A stretch of DNA of 64,000 bases from a virus. Location of the stretch: IMG/VR virus record IMGVR_UViG_3300030328_002692, positions 27,134 through 91,133 of that record; one strand, given 5' to 3'. How positions within the stretch are numbered: the stretch's first letter is position 1; each line of letters opens with the position of its first letter. The translations under genes and the position numbers were made by a program. Below the pieces are notes generated by a model. It saw only the letters and a list, made by a program, of their open reading frames with translations. It was not told where the DNA came from and made no database searches. This document shows, one piece after another, positions 10,279 to 19,945 of this stretch.

Positions 10279-10542
10279 ATGGCAACAGAAGTAACCAATA
10301 ACGAGCCTGTATTAATGTTTAACGACAAAAAATACATAATCTCGGAACTGCATGACGATGCAAAGGTTATAGTAGCGTTATTACAAGGATTAGAGCAAGA
10401 CTTAGCTCAAGCAAAGATTCAGCATGATAGACTATTATTAGCCAAAGAAGGATACACTAGTAGACTCGAGCAAGTCATAGACAAAGACCCAAATGAGGTC
10501 GAAGCAGAGCCTGTGGTAGATACACCAACAGAAGACGGTTAA
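10279..10542 (+). CDS. Hypothetical coiled-coil protein
   Basis: 87-aa ORF with an AGGAG SD. Last + strand gene before the terminator. Confidence 0.7.
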   Translation: MATEVTNNEPVLMFNDKKYIISELHDDAKVIVALLQGLEQDLAQAKIQHDRLLLAKEGYTSRLEQVIDKDPNEVEAEPVVDTPTEDG

Positions 10543-10556
10543 AGGCTTATAAAACG

Positions 10557-10582
10557 AAAAACCCGCCTAGTGCGGGTTTTTT
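10557..10582. terminator. Bidirectional rho-independent terminator
   Basis: AAAAACCCGC-CTAGT-GCGGGTTTTTT, located between the convergent early (+) and late (-) blocks. Confidence 0.9.
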
Positions 10583-10598
10583 ATTGTCTATTGCGTGT

Positions 10599-10766
10599 TT
10601 AAGTATCGCTATAGTCCATTTCTTTTAGTACAGTTTCTTTTACTAAATTAGTATGTCCGTCTGAAGAAGAATTAGCCTCTTCTTTTATAAGTTTTACTGT
10701 CCATTTATCTCCAGACTTTACCCATCTAAGTATTTTTCCTGCTTCTATATTTGCCATTCCTTCCAT
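10599..10766 (-). CDS. Small fibre-associated protein (55 aa; not in ORF track)
   Basis: Translated by hand: MEGMANIEAGKILRWVKSGDKWTVKLIKEE..., with an AGGAG SD. Shares a motif with 19742..19933. Confidence 0.7.
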   Translation of the reverse strand: MEGMANIEAGKILRWVKSGDKWTVKLIKEEANSSSDGHTNLVKETVLKEMDYSDT

Positions 10767-10779
10767 TTGTGTCTCCTAA

Positions 10780-13700
10780 TTAAAAGTTGAAGTGTGCGTT
10801 CTCTTGGTGAGTTGTTACCATTCTGTTTGCTTCACCTGAATGTTGTGAATCCATCCACATAATATTATATTGACTCCATGAACCGGTGTCCAAGTTTGTT
10901 ATATTTGTTGCTAAAAGATAAAATTGTATTCTATCTCCAGCAGTTACATCAAAACAAGCTGAATTATGAATAGAGTTCCATTGACTGTTTGTATTTGTTA
11001 TTAATTGATATGCCATTACTGAATTATTTGCATCATTTGCAGGTGAACGGTATATACGAGATGTGGCATAACTAGTTGCACCAGTGGTTATTATATCTTG
11101 GTTCATATCGACCCATACTTTTCCATCTCGTTTTATGTGTATACCATAATTTCCAGTTGTATCTATTTCAAATATATTTGGATTCATATATCCACCAGCG
11201 GCATGTTGTCTTAAATCTAAAAAGCCTGAATTATTAGTAGTAATCGCACTACTATTATCTAGCCTAAACATAGCACATTCTACAGGTCCATATCCAGGCC
11301 CACCTGGATTGACAAGTTGCATATCTTCTGCCTCTGCCTCTAGTTTTAATCTTCTCCACCCTATTAATGTGTCGTGACCACTTGAACCACCCTTAAACTC
11401 AAATCTAATATAAATGTCTCCACTAAATACTCCTCCGATAGACATTTGTCCTATAGTACTAAAGTTTAGGGTTGCGCTTTGGTCTAATGAACCTGCTCCA
11501 AAAGTTCCAGTAGCTGCGTTTGTCCAGTTTAAATCATCAAAAGAATAATCTATATTCATAGTTCTTGTTGTGCCATCAGCTGAATTTCCACACTCATGAT
11601 TAAGAGCCATTGTTGTTGCTTTACTTAAAGAAACTTTAAATTTAATATATGAATTAGTTGTACTTGCTCCCTTACCTGCACCAACATAATATAATCCGTT
11701 ACTATAAGAGCCAACATCAAAATTAACATTATATGAACCAAAGCAAGCTTCTTTTAATGCCTTTTTAATATTAGCATTGACTTCAGAGCCATGACCGCCC
11801 ATACCATTAAACTCAAATGGAGTATAATGAGTAGACCTAATACCAACACTTGAAGCTGTTCTAACTACATCAGCGTCACTACTTGTAGCAGCACCACCTG
11901 TAATACGCATTCTTTCTGTGGAAGAGCCGCCAGTAGGTTGAGTACTAAAAACTAATCTTGCATTATCTGTTGCACCATCTGTTATTGCCGATATTGTTGC
12001 CAAGTCTGTATCAGTATTATTACCAAACATGATTCTACCAATACCTTGGTCGTTGTTTGAGTCATTTCTTCTTATTTGTATTCCATGACCGCCACCTGAA
12101 GCAGGGGTTTCTATTTGGAATAAATCATCAACATGACTAGCGGTATCTCCAATAATAACTTTACCTGAACTATCGATCCGCATTCTTTCAGTGCCACCAG
12201 TTGCAAGAGCCATAAATGCTGTAGTACCAAGTGCATCTAAATATTGCCCACCAGTTGCATTTTGATATAGCTCAAATCTACTATTACCTGTTCTATGGGC
12301 TTCGAGTATACTACCTGATCCACCTGCACTATCAATGGTTAGCATATAACCCATAGCACTTCCTGCATGATTTGTGCTTGTTGCAATTCCAACTTTGCCA
12401 CCATCATCAATCCTCATTCTTTCAGTTGGTGCTGAATCAGTTACAACATCTCTTGTAAGAAAAATAAGTTCTCCTTTTGTATCTCCTGCTGTGCTTGTTT
12501 CTTGAAAACCTATATAAGCTGGTGAGTGAGTGTTGGTAGCATCTGTATAACCAAAACCAATCATAAAATGACCAGTACTACCATCTGGTCCAAAATCATC
12601 ACTACCAAGTTGTAGATAAGTATTGGCTGCTGTTATAGATGTTGGTGCATTTTGACCTGCTGCATTAGAAATTGTGAGTTTACCTAGGGGTGCTGTATTT
12701 CCAATTCCAACCTTACCTGCACTTGTAATACGCACTCTTTCTGAGCCATTAACAGTTGCAGCTAAATGTGAACTTCCTGCATTAATACTTATGCTTGATC
12801 CTGAATAAGCTGTAATTGCATCAGTAAATAAAGTACCATTTTGAACGTAAGAGTTACCCACAACATGCAATGGTGCTGAAGGACTCGAAGTTCCTATACC
12901 AACTCTATCTGTGCTTGCATCAACATATAACATATAATCACTACCTGTGCTATATACTGCAAAGTCTTGATTATTATTTTCTTGATTTAATCTTACTAAA
13001 CTATTAGTAATTTGTAATCTTGTACTATTACCTGTGACAAAGCTTTGTGTATCTGTATCAGAAAAACGAAAATAGTTATCTACATCCCCTGAATGCATTA
13101 TTTTTGAAGGTATTGTTAAATCACTAGAAAAAGTTGCCGCACCCCCAGCTGACATATCAAGAACTAAAGCATTTACACCCGAACCACCATCATTGCCTCT
13201 AAATATTATGTCTTTGTCTTGAACACTAGCTTTTATTTGGAAATCAGAACTAGAGTTTTCAAAAACCCCAATTTCAGTACCACCATCTTTAAATCTAATA
13301 TCACCACCATCTGCGTCAAGAATAATATCTCCAGCACTGTCAAGTATCATGCTTGATGTAGCATTTGAAATCGTATTACTAGAAATTGCAATGTTGCCTG
13401 AAGTTAAATTTCCTGCAAGTGCAGTTGCTGTCAAAGTACCAGTAACTGTCACACCACCTGTTACTGTTTCTAATTTTTTACTATTATCATAATATAATTC
13501 GACTGCACCATTCTCTATGGCTGATATCATTTGTTCGTTATAAGCTGCATTTTTAAGGTAAATTGCATTTGCAGCTACTACTAAATTTCCTGTTCCATTG
13601 TCTATAATATAAGAGTTGCTACCATCATGTGTTAGTAAAAAGTCTGAACTATCTCCTAATTTAATATAGTCATTATCTCCCATTACTAAATGAGAGGTTA

Positions 13701-14007
13701 AAGTAGTTGTACCTGCTAGTGTTATTCCAGAAGCTATAGTATCTGAAGTAACAGAATTATCTGCCATTTTTGCCGTTGTAACTGCGTCGTCAGCTATCTT
13801 TGCGGTTGTCACATTTGCGTCCGTAATCTTAGCTGTTGTTACTGCATCGTCGTTTAGTTTGGCAGTAGTTATATTACTATCTGCTATTTTTGCCGTTGTT
13901 ATAGCGTTTACTGCGATATCTGCTGGCGATATTGTGCCATCGGATAAATGCGTTGCAGTTATCGCGCTATCGGCTATTAATTCACTTGGTATCTTTGTAT
14001 TTGCCAT
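10780..14007 (-). CDS. Long tail fibre / receptor-binding protein (no S74 domain)
   Basis: N-terminal 10-aa repeats (ITTAKIADxN), repeated ERMRI...GxVGIG shaft modules and a distinct beta-rich C-terminal domain. Confidence 0.8.
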   Translation of the reverse strand: MANTKIPSELIADSAITATHLSDGTISPADIAVNAITTAKIADSNITTAKLNDDAVTTAKITDANVTTAKIADDAVTTAKMADNSVTSDTIASGITLAGTTTLTSHLVMGDNDYIKLGDSSDFLLTHDGSNSYIIDNGTGNLVVAANAIYLKNAAYNEQMISAIENGAVELYYDNSKKLETVTGGVTVTGTLTATALAGNLTSGNIAISSNTISNATSSMILDSAGDIILDADGGDIRFKDGGTEIGVFENSSSDFQIKASVQDKDIIFRGNDGGSGVNALVLDMSAGGAATFSSDLTIPSKIMHSGDVDNYFRFSDTDTQSFVTGNSTRLQITNSLVRLNQENNNQDFAVYSTGSDYMLYVDASTDRVGIGTSSPSAPLHVVGNSYVQNGTLFTDAITAYSGSSISINAGSSHLAATVNGSERVRITSAGKVGIGNTAPLGKLTISNAAGQNAPTSITAANTYLQLGSDDFGPDGSTGHFMIGFGYTDATNTHSPAYIGFQETSTAGDTKGELIFLTRDVVTDSAPTERMRIDDGGKVGIATSTNHAGSAMGYMLTIDSAGGSGSILEAHRTGNSRFELYQNATGGQYLDALGTTAFMALATGGTERMRIDSSGKVIIGDTASHVDDLFQIETPASGGGHGIQIRRNDSNNDQGIGRIMFGNNTDTDLATISAITDGATDNARLVFSTQPTGGSSTERMRITGGAATSSDADVVRTASSVGIRSTHYTPFEFNGMGGHGSEVNANIKKALKEACFGSYNVNFDVGSYSNGLYYVGAGKGASTTNSYIKFKVSLSKATTMALNHECGNSADGTTRTMNIDYSFDDLNWTNAATGTFGAGSLDQSATLNFSTIGQMSIGGVFSGDIYIRFEFKGGSSGHDTLIGWRRLKLEAEAEDMQLVNPGGPGYGPVECAMFRLDNSSAITTNNSGFLDLRQHAAGGYMNPNIFEIDTTGNYGIHIKRDGKVWVDMNQDIITTGATSYATSRIYRSPANDANNSVMAYQLITNTNSQWNSIHNSACFDVTAGDRIQFYLLATNITNLDTGSWSQYNIMWMDSQHSGEANRMVTTHQENAHFNF

Positions 14008-14010
14008 AAT

Positions 14011-16437
14011 TTATCCTTCTAATGTTGTTATTCTTGCTTCAAGCTCTTGTATTGTTTTTACTAGTAATGGAACTAATTTGCTATTATCCATCATTTGCAT
14101 ATCTTCTGCATCTTTTTCTCCTACAATTGCTTCAGGAACTATGCTTGAAACTTCGTGTGCTAAGAATCCATCTACTAATGTATCTGAGGTATCTGATATG
14201 TAGTTAAATCTTTTTGGTTTTAATTGTTTGAGTCTAGTAGTAGCATTTGTCATATCTGTTACATTTTCTTTCAATCTATAATCAGAAGTTCCACCATAAG
14301 TTATAGTTGAACCATTTTGGCTAATTGAACCTATAGTACTACCATTATTTCTAATTATCACCATATCTCCAGAACCTAAACTTCTGTTTAAAAGTAAACA
14401 AACGTCATTATTAGTAGAATTTACTTGTTGTCCACCACCAAATGAATGACCATAAGTATCATTACTATTTGATAACCCCGAAGATGTTGTATTACCAATT
14501 ACTACATTACCGCCAGCTTCAATACGCATTCTTTCAGTAAATGATGAGCCTGTATTGAATGAAATATATCCACCATCTAATGAAAGTTCTGCACTGTTGC
14601 TTGCAACTCCATAGCCAGTTCTGATTGTAAACTTAGTAAATCCACTATTATCTGAGTGAATAAAATTGTTAGCCATTCTTATTTCAGAATCATCTCCATC
14701 TAGCTGAAGGTTTGCACCATTACCACCTATTCCTGCACTACTATAGGAATATTTATCAGCTGAACCCTTACTAAATTTAGCTACATCATTCCCAGCAACT
14801 TTTAATTGAATATAAGGGTTTGCACCATTTTCTGTATCTTGTGCATCAAATACTACACCAGCATCTTGCTGACCACCACTTGCTGCTGTTTGTAATGATA
14901 AACCTCTACCTGAGTTGGAAGCGCCTGTAAATACTGCTTGTTCTGAGTTTACTGCACCTCTAATATCTAATCTTGCAGTAGGATTATTTGTTCCTATACC
15001 AACATTTCCACCTCTAAGATTCATAGTTTCTGTTGTACCAGCAATAAATCTCATTCTGCCACCTTCACCAGAAGAAGATGCAAATTGAGTTATGCTTCCA
15101 TAATCAATATCACCACTATCTCCTAAATTTAAAATAGCACCATGACTTGTAGTTCCTGCTTGAATTGACATGGTGGTATAATCAGCATCTAGAAGATGCA
15201 GGATTGTTGAAGGATTATTTGTTCCTATACCAACATTTCCACCTCTTTTAAAAGTCATAACATCATAACCAGTAGTACTATTATTTTTATTCCATAATTG
15301 TAAGGAGCCATCAGAGTCGGAATCATACCAACCCCAACCATAAGTTGCATTAGCTATTGAGATATTATTAAATAGACCTAGCCATGGAGATGTTCCACCA
15401 GCAGTACTATTACCCATATGCATACTAGCATAATATCCGCCACTTCCTGCATATAAATGAAGTGGGTGTACAGGAGCTGTAACTCCTATACCAACTCCAG
15501 TAGTAGTAATGCGCATTCGTTCACCACCACCACCATTAAAAGCTATGACGTTAGCTGCAACTTCGTCTATGTAAGTATCACCACCGCCATCTAGGTAAAG
15601 TTTTTTTGTAGGCTGTATTGATATATGGTCGTCAAACCTAGCTTCACCGCCAACCACATGAAGTTTTTGTGCAGGACTGCTAGTTCCAATTCCAACATTA
15701 CCACTCTGAAGAATGACTAATCTTGGCGTGTAAGTATCATTTGTACCGTCTGCATCTGCAGCACCACTTGATATTTCAAATCCTGTATTAACATTTTCCT
15801 GTGCAGCAATCTGCCAGTTATAGTGTGAGGCTCCAGTTTGAAATTGTAATTGAGGGGAGGTTGTACTAACTACTAAGTTTCCAGTTATTGTTCCACCTGT
15901 TGTTGCTAAGAAAAGGTCAGTGTCTGCTGTCCATGCTACATCTGTTCCATCTGACGTAAGTACATGACCACTTGAGCCAATACCTAACAGTGATGGATCT
16001 CCTGCAGAATCTCCTACTATTATACTTCCACGAGTTATGCCTGCCAATTGTCCTATTCCTACTGCATTATCTGCTATCTGGTCTGCTGTTACTTGGTTGT
16101 CGTCTATGTGTTGTGTAAGGATTGCATTATTTGCTATGTCTCCACTTCCTATTGCAGCAGATGCTATTTTTGCTGATGTGATTGTACTGTCAGCTAGTTT
16201 TACAGTTGTAATCTGACCATCAGCTATATCTGCGGTAACTATTGTTCCGTCTGCTATTTTTGCTGATGTGATTGTGCCGTCAGCTATCTGAGTAGCCGTT
16301 ACTGCGTTAATCGCTATCTGAACTGCTGTAACATTATTCTGCGCTATATGTACTGATGTAATAGCGTTATCGGCTATTAACGTACCTTGTATCGCATTAA
16401 TTGCTACTAGTTCTGCTGGTATTGTTGTGTTTCCCAT
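14011..16437 (-). CDS. Long tail fibre with C-terminal intramolecular chaperone (peptidase S74)
   Basis: Same N-terminal repeats and ERMRI/GNVGIG modules. SDYRLKENV...GFLAHEV...LVKTIQEL is an S74 signature. Confidence 0.88.
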   Translation of the reverse strand: MGNTTIPAELVAINAIQGTLIADNAITSVHIAQNNVTAVQIAINAVTATQIADGTITSAKIADGTIVTADIADGQITTVKLADSTITSAKIASAAIGSGDIANNAILTQHIDDNQVTADQIADNAVGIGQLAGITRGSIIVGDSAGDPSLLGIGSSGHVLTSDGTDVAWTADTDLFLATTGGTITGNLVVSTTSPQLQFQTGASHYNWQIAAQENVNTGFEISSGAADADGTNDTYTPRLVILQSGNVGIGTSSPAQKLHVVGGEARFDDHISIQPTKKLYLDGGGDTYIDEVAANVIAFNGGGGERMRITTTGVGIGVTAPVHPLHLYAGSGGYYASMHMGNSTAGGTSPWLGLFNNISIANATYGWGWYDSDSDGSLQLWNKNNSTTGYDVMTFKRGGNVGIGTNNPSTILHLLDADYTTMSIQAGTTSHGAILNLGDSGDIDYGSITQFASSSGEGGRMRFIAGTTETMNLRGGNVGIGTNNPTARLDIRGAVNSEQAVFTGASNSGRGLSLQTAASGGQQDAGVVFDAQDTENGANPYIQLKVAGNDVAKFSKGSADKYSYSSAGIGGNGANLQLDGDDSEIRMANNFIHSDNSGFTKFTIRTGYGVASNSAELSLDGGYISFNTGSSFTERMRIEAGGNVVIGNTTSSGLSNSNDTYGHSFGGGQQVNSTNNDVCLLLNRSLGSGDMVIIRNNGSTIGSISQNGSTITYGGTSDYRLKENVTDMTNATTRLKQLKPKRFNYISDTSDTLVDGFLAHEVSSIVPEAIVGEKDAEDMQMMDNSKLVPLLVKTIQELEARITTLEG
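14980..15246. repeat. Exact 36-bp direct repeat (14980-15015 and 15211-15246) inside a fibre gene
   Basis: AGGATTATTTGTTCCTATACCAACATTTCCACCTCT occurs twice, 231 bp apart. It encodes RGGNVGIGTNNP on the minus strand. Confidence 0.9.
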
Positions 16438-16438
16438 A

Positions 16439-19400
16439 TTATCCTTCTAGTGTCTCTATTCTTGATTTTAAATCTTGTATTACTGTGTCTTGTTCTTTAA
16501 TTGCATTTACTAATAATGGTACGACTGAAGCGTAGTTCATCGAATAAGCTGAATTCCAGTTTTCTGTTCCATCATCTTCGTCCTTATGATATTTTAATGA
16601 TTCCGGTATTATACTTTCTATTTCCTGTGCTATAAAACCAAACTCATAATTGTCTGCCATTGACCTATTTTGATTAATTTCTGATTGTCTATTAATAGTT
16701 TGGAATCTTTTTCCTGTTAGTTGTTTTACTTTACTCAAAGCACTAGAAATTGTTGTAATGTTTGTTTTTCTTCTTCTATCTGACCCAGTAACATAAGACC
16801 CGTCAGTTCTTACATCAACTGAAAAGTCGGAACCAGATGTGCCTGGGTATGCATCTGAACTAGAGTTTGTTCCATGAAATCTAAACTCTCCTTGTAATGA
16901 ACTACCATAATGTGAGTCATTTAATACAGATATACCTGGATAGTTGTTCCATATTCTATCAATTGCAAGACCTTGATATGGGAATAAAACAGATTTTCCG
17001 TGTTGTCCACCTCCTGCTACTCCTGTTCCTGCTTTACCAATGATTTGCATTGCTAAAGTTTCAGTTGTTGAAATACCATTTCTAACATGAAAATCTATTG
17101 AACCTTCTTCTGAATTATTTGTACCAGTTAGTGCTGTAGAACCAATACCAGCATAGAAATTATCTTGAGCACTTGCTGTATCTCCACCCAACCATTGAAG
17201 CATTCCTAGTTTATATCCACTACCAACATATCCATAAGTATTTAAGGTCATTTTAAGTTCATAGTCAGAAGGTTGGTTTGTATTTGGTCTTGTTTTTGAA
17301 ATCTCATAATAAGAAACAGGATCTTCTGTATTTGGCCCATATCCAAAATTACCACTTCCGTCAATATGCCAAATTGAATCTCCTACATTACCATGAGCAA
17401 TAGCTAAAGTATCAGTACCACAGCTATAAGGATTTATAGCTAAAGTGAATGCATTTGAAAAAGAAGGTGAACTATCTGATAAAAATTCAGTATTTGTAGC
17501 ACCATTTAAAAAAGCAATTCCAACTTCAGCAACATTTGGGTTTGCAATTCTTAATTGCTCCCAACTTGAATCAGAACTTATGATACCCATTCTTCCACCT
17601 TCTACTTGTAAAGTACTTTTTGGGTCGGTTGTTCCAATTCCAACTTTGCCGTCATCTTTATATGTTATAACATCAGTTTCTGTACCACCATTTAGAACTC
17701 CTAATACAGTTTTATCTGCGTCATTACCCCTGTATTCAAAGAAAGCTCCGTGTTGGGTTCCGGCTGAATCTTCAGTTAAAGTTAGTCTTGCTACTTCATT
17801 ATCTCCTGATGTAGCAACTCTTAGTTCTGCATTTGCACCATGAAGATGAAGAATTGATTGAGGAGTAGTCGTTCCAATTCCAACATTACCGCCAAATGGA
17901 TTTAAAAGTAAACTCTTTGCAGCGTCATTAGCATTATTGATTGCTTGAAATCTTACATCATTTGTTGAACCACTTGTTTTTAAATATATATCCGAAGACC
18001 TTGGTCTAATTGTAAAAGCAGAATTACTAAACTCTGATAAGTTTGCAGCGGTCCAACCATAATTTGATTCAATATATGCTGCGTTTCCTGTGCCGGTATT
18101 GTAAACATGAAGGTCACCTGCAGGTGAACTAGTTCCAATTCCAACGTTGCCTGAAGAATCAATACGCATTCTTTCAGTGTCGCCAGTGACAAAATATAAA
18201 GCATTTACATTCGCTGGCATACCTATTTGTGCACCAGCTTGTGTATTTCTAAATCCTATTTTTGGTGCAACACTTGAACTAGCTGTTTCTACTTCTAATA
18301 AATGGTCTGGTGAAGTTGTTCCTATACCAACGTTGCCGTTAGACATAATACGCATCTTTTCAGAGTATCCACCTGAGCCTCTAGTATTAAATGCCATATC
18401 ACCATAATGATTTGTATGGTCTATATTCTGTGCATTAATAGACACAGTTTCTCCAGCATTACCAGACTCAAAACTTAATTTGGCATAATTATTTGCTGTG
18501 GTATTTGCATTCTGTATAGTTACTGTTGGACCAGTACTTCCAATAGAAGTTTGTGTTCCATATCCTTTAAAGTAAGCTACTCTGCCATCTGTTCCATCTG
18601 TTTGCATTCCTGTGACTTGCAAAGTAAAATTAGTTGCTCCAGGAGTTTGTTTTATTCCAACTCTTCCTGAAGCATCAATACGCATTCTTTCTGAGCCACC
18701 ATTATGAAATAGAGTAAATCCTGTACTTAAAATACTTAAATAATCACCATTATGAGAATAAGCTACCTTGCCTTGAACACTACCACCTGAATCACCAAAG
18801 AATAAATTACCATCACCACTTGTTCCTGAAAGAATAGATATTCCTGAACTACCTGAACCTTCTATAACTAATTCATCGGCATTTGCATTTACACTAGCTC
18901 CACTATCTGCTGATTTAACATGAAGTGTGCCTAGTGGTGTAGTTTCTCCTATACCAACGTTGCCACCATCTTGCACCACTAAAGCACTAGCATTATTGCC
19001 TACAATAGTATTTGTGGAACTTCTATAAATTATATTTGCAGTATTACCTACATTATTTACTGTATTTGTATTTACTCTACTAACTTCTATATCTTTATTA
19101 AATGACCATTTATCTCCAGAACTTTTATAAAGTAGTGTGGCACTTGCTCCTGTAACTGTAAGACCAGCATCATTTGCAGCGGCTGCATCAGCTGCTCCAC
19201 TTGCTATTGTAATATTTTTATCTGCTACGCTCAGAGTAGTAGAATTCACTGTTGTAGTAGTTCCATCGACTTGGAGATTTCCTGCAATGACTACTGTTCC
19301 TGTGTTATCACCTACTGTGGCTGGGTCGATAGTAAAAGAAGCTGGGCCTCTTAGAGCACCTGTTGTTGTTATTGTTCCAAAAGTCGGAGCTGCTGAACTC

Positions 19401-19735
19401 GAAAGTTGAGTAGCTGTTATTGAACCATCTGGTATAAGTGCAGATGTTATAGCATTATTAGCTATTTTAGCTGTAGTTACATTCGCATCTAGTATCTTTG
19501 CAGTTGTTACTTGATCGTCTGCAATATGTATAGTATCAATACTTCCTGATACTAGTTCTGCAGTATCTACTGAATTTGCTCCTAGTTGTGTGGAAGTTAT
19601 ACTTCCATCTGCTATTTGTACAGAAGTAACCTGGTTTTGTGCAATATGTACAGCCGTGATAGCGTTGTCCGCTATCAACGTACCCTGAATCGCATTTACT
19701 GCGACTAAACTATTTGTTACTTTTGTTATTGCCAT
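16439..19735 (-). CDS. Long tail fibre with C-terminal intramolecular chaperone (peptidase S74)
   Basis: N-terminus is nearly identical to 14011..16437 (NAIQGTLIADNAIT.VHIAQN.VT). SDRRRKTNI...GFIAQEIE...LVNAIKEQ is an S74 signature. Confidence 0.88.
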   Translation of the reverse strand: MAITKVTNSLVAVNAIQGTLIADNAITAVHIAQNQVTSVQIADGSITSTQLGANSVDTAELVSGSIDTIHIADDQVTTAKILDANVTTAKIANNAITSALIPDGSITATQLSSSAAPTFGTITTTGALRGPASFTIDPATVGDNTGTVVIAGNLQVDGTTTTVNSTTLSVADKNITIASGAADAAAANDAGLTVTGASATLLYKSSGDKWSFNKDIEVSRVNTNTVNNVGNTANIIYRSSTNTIVGNNASALVVQDGGNVGIGETTPLGTLHVKSADSGASVNANADELVIEGSGSSGISILSGTSGDGNLFFGDSGGSVQGKVAYSHNGDYLSILSTGFTLFHNGGSERMRIDASGRVGIKQTPGATNFTLQVTGMQTDGTDGRVAYFKGYGTQTSIGSTGPTVTIQNANTTANNYAKLSFESGNAGETVSINAQNIDHTNHYGDMAFNTRGSGGYSEKMRIMSNGNVGIGTTSPDHLLEVETASSSVAPKIGFRNTQAGAQIGMPANVNALYFVTGDTERMRIDSSGNVGIGTSSPAGDLHVYNTGTGNAAYIESNYGWTAANLSEFSNSAFTIRPRSSDIYLKTSGSTNDVRFQAINNANDAAKSLLLNPFGGNVGIGTTTPQSILHLHGANAELRVATSGDNEVARLTLTEDSAGTQHGAFFEYRGNDADKTVLGVLNGGTETDVITYKDDGKVGIGTTDPKSTLQVEGGRMGIISSDSSWEQLRIANPNVAEVGIAFLNGATNTEFLSDSSPSFSNAFTLAINPYSCGTDTLAIAHGNVGDSIWHIDGSGNFGYGPNTEDPVSYYEISKTRPNTNQPSDYELKMTLNTYGYVGSGYKLGMLQWLGGDTASAQDNFYAGIGSTALTGTNNSEEGSIDFHVRNGISTTETLAMQIIGKAGTGVAGGGQHGKSVLFPYQGLAIDRIWNNYPGISVLNDSHYGSSLQGEFRFHGTNSSSDAYPGTSGSDFSVDVRTDGSYVTGSDRRRKTNITTISSALSKVKQLTGKRFQTINRQSEINQNRSMADNYEFGFIAQEIESIIPESLKYHKDEDDGTENWNSAYSMNYASVVPLLVNAIKEQDTVIQDLKSRIETLEG

Positions 19736-19741
19736 ATTATC

Positions 19742-19933
19742 TTAATCCGTATATGCGTGATTTTGATTTGAGTGTTTTTCCCATTTATCACTGCTATTAT
19801 ATATTAATTTTAATGAGTCTCCTGCTATTATATTTGCTTTTCCTGGTGGAAACCAACATATATCTCCTGTTTTAGCTTCAGGTGTCCAAAATTCATCTGA
19901 ATTTACAAATGTTAAAATTTCTGCTTCTGTCAT
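19742..19933 (-). CDS. Small fibre-associated protein (63 aa)
   Basis: AGGA SD. Follows fibre 19946..22603 and shares a GxANIxAG...SxDKW motif with 10599..10766. Confidence 0.7.
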   Translation of the reverse strand: MTEAEILTFVNSDEFWTPEAKTGDICWFPPGKANIIAGDSLKLIYNSSDKWEKHSNQNHAYTD

Positions 19934-19945
19934 AATTATTCCTTA

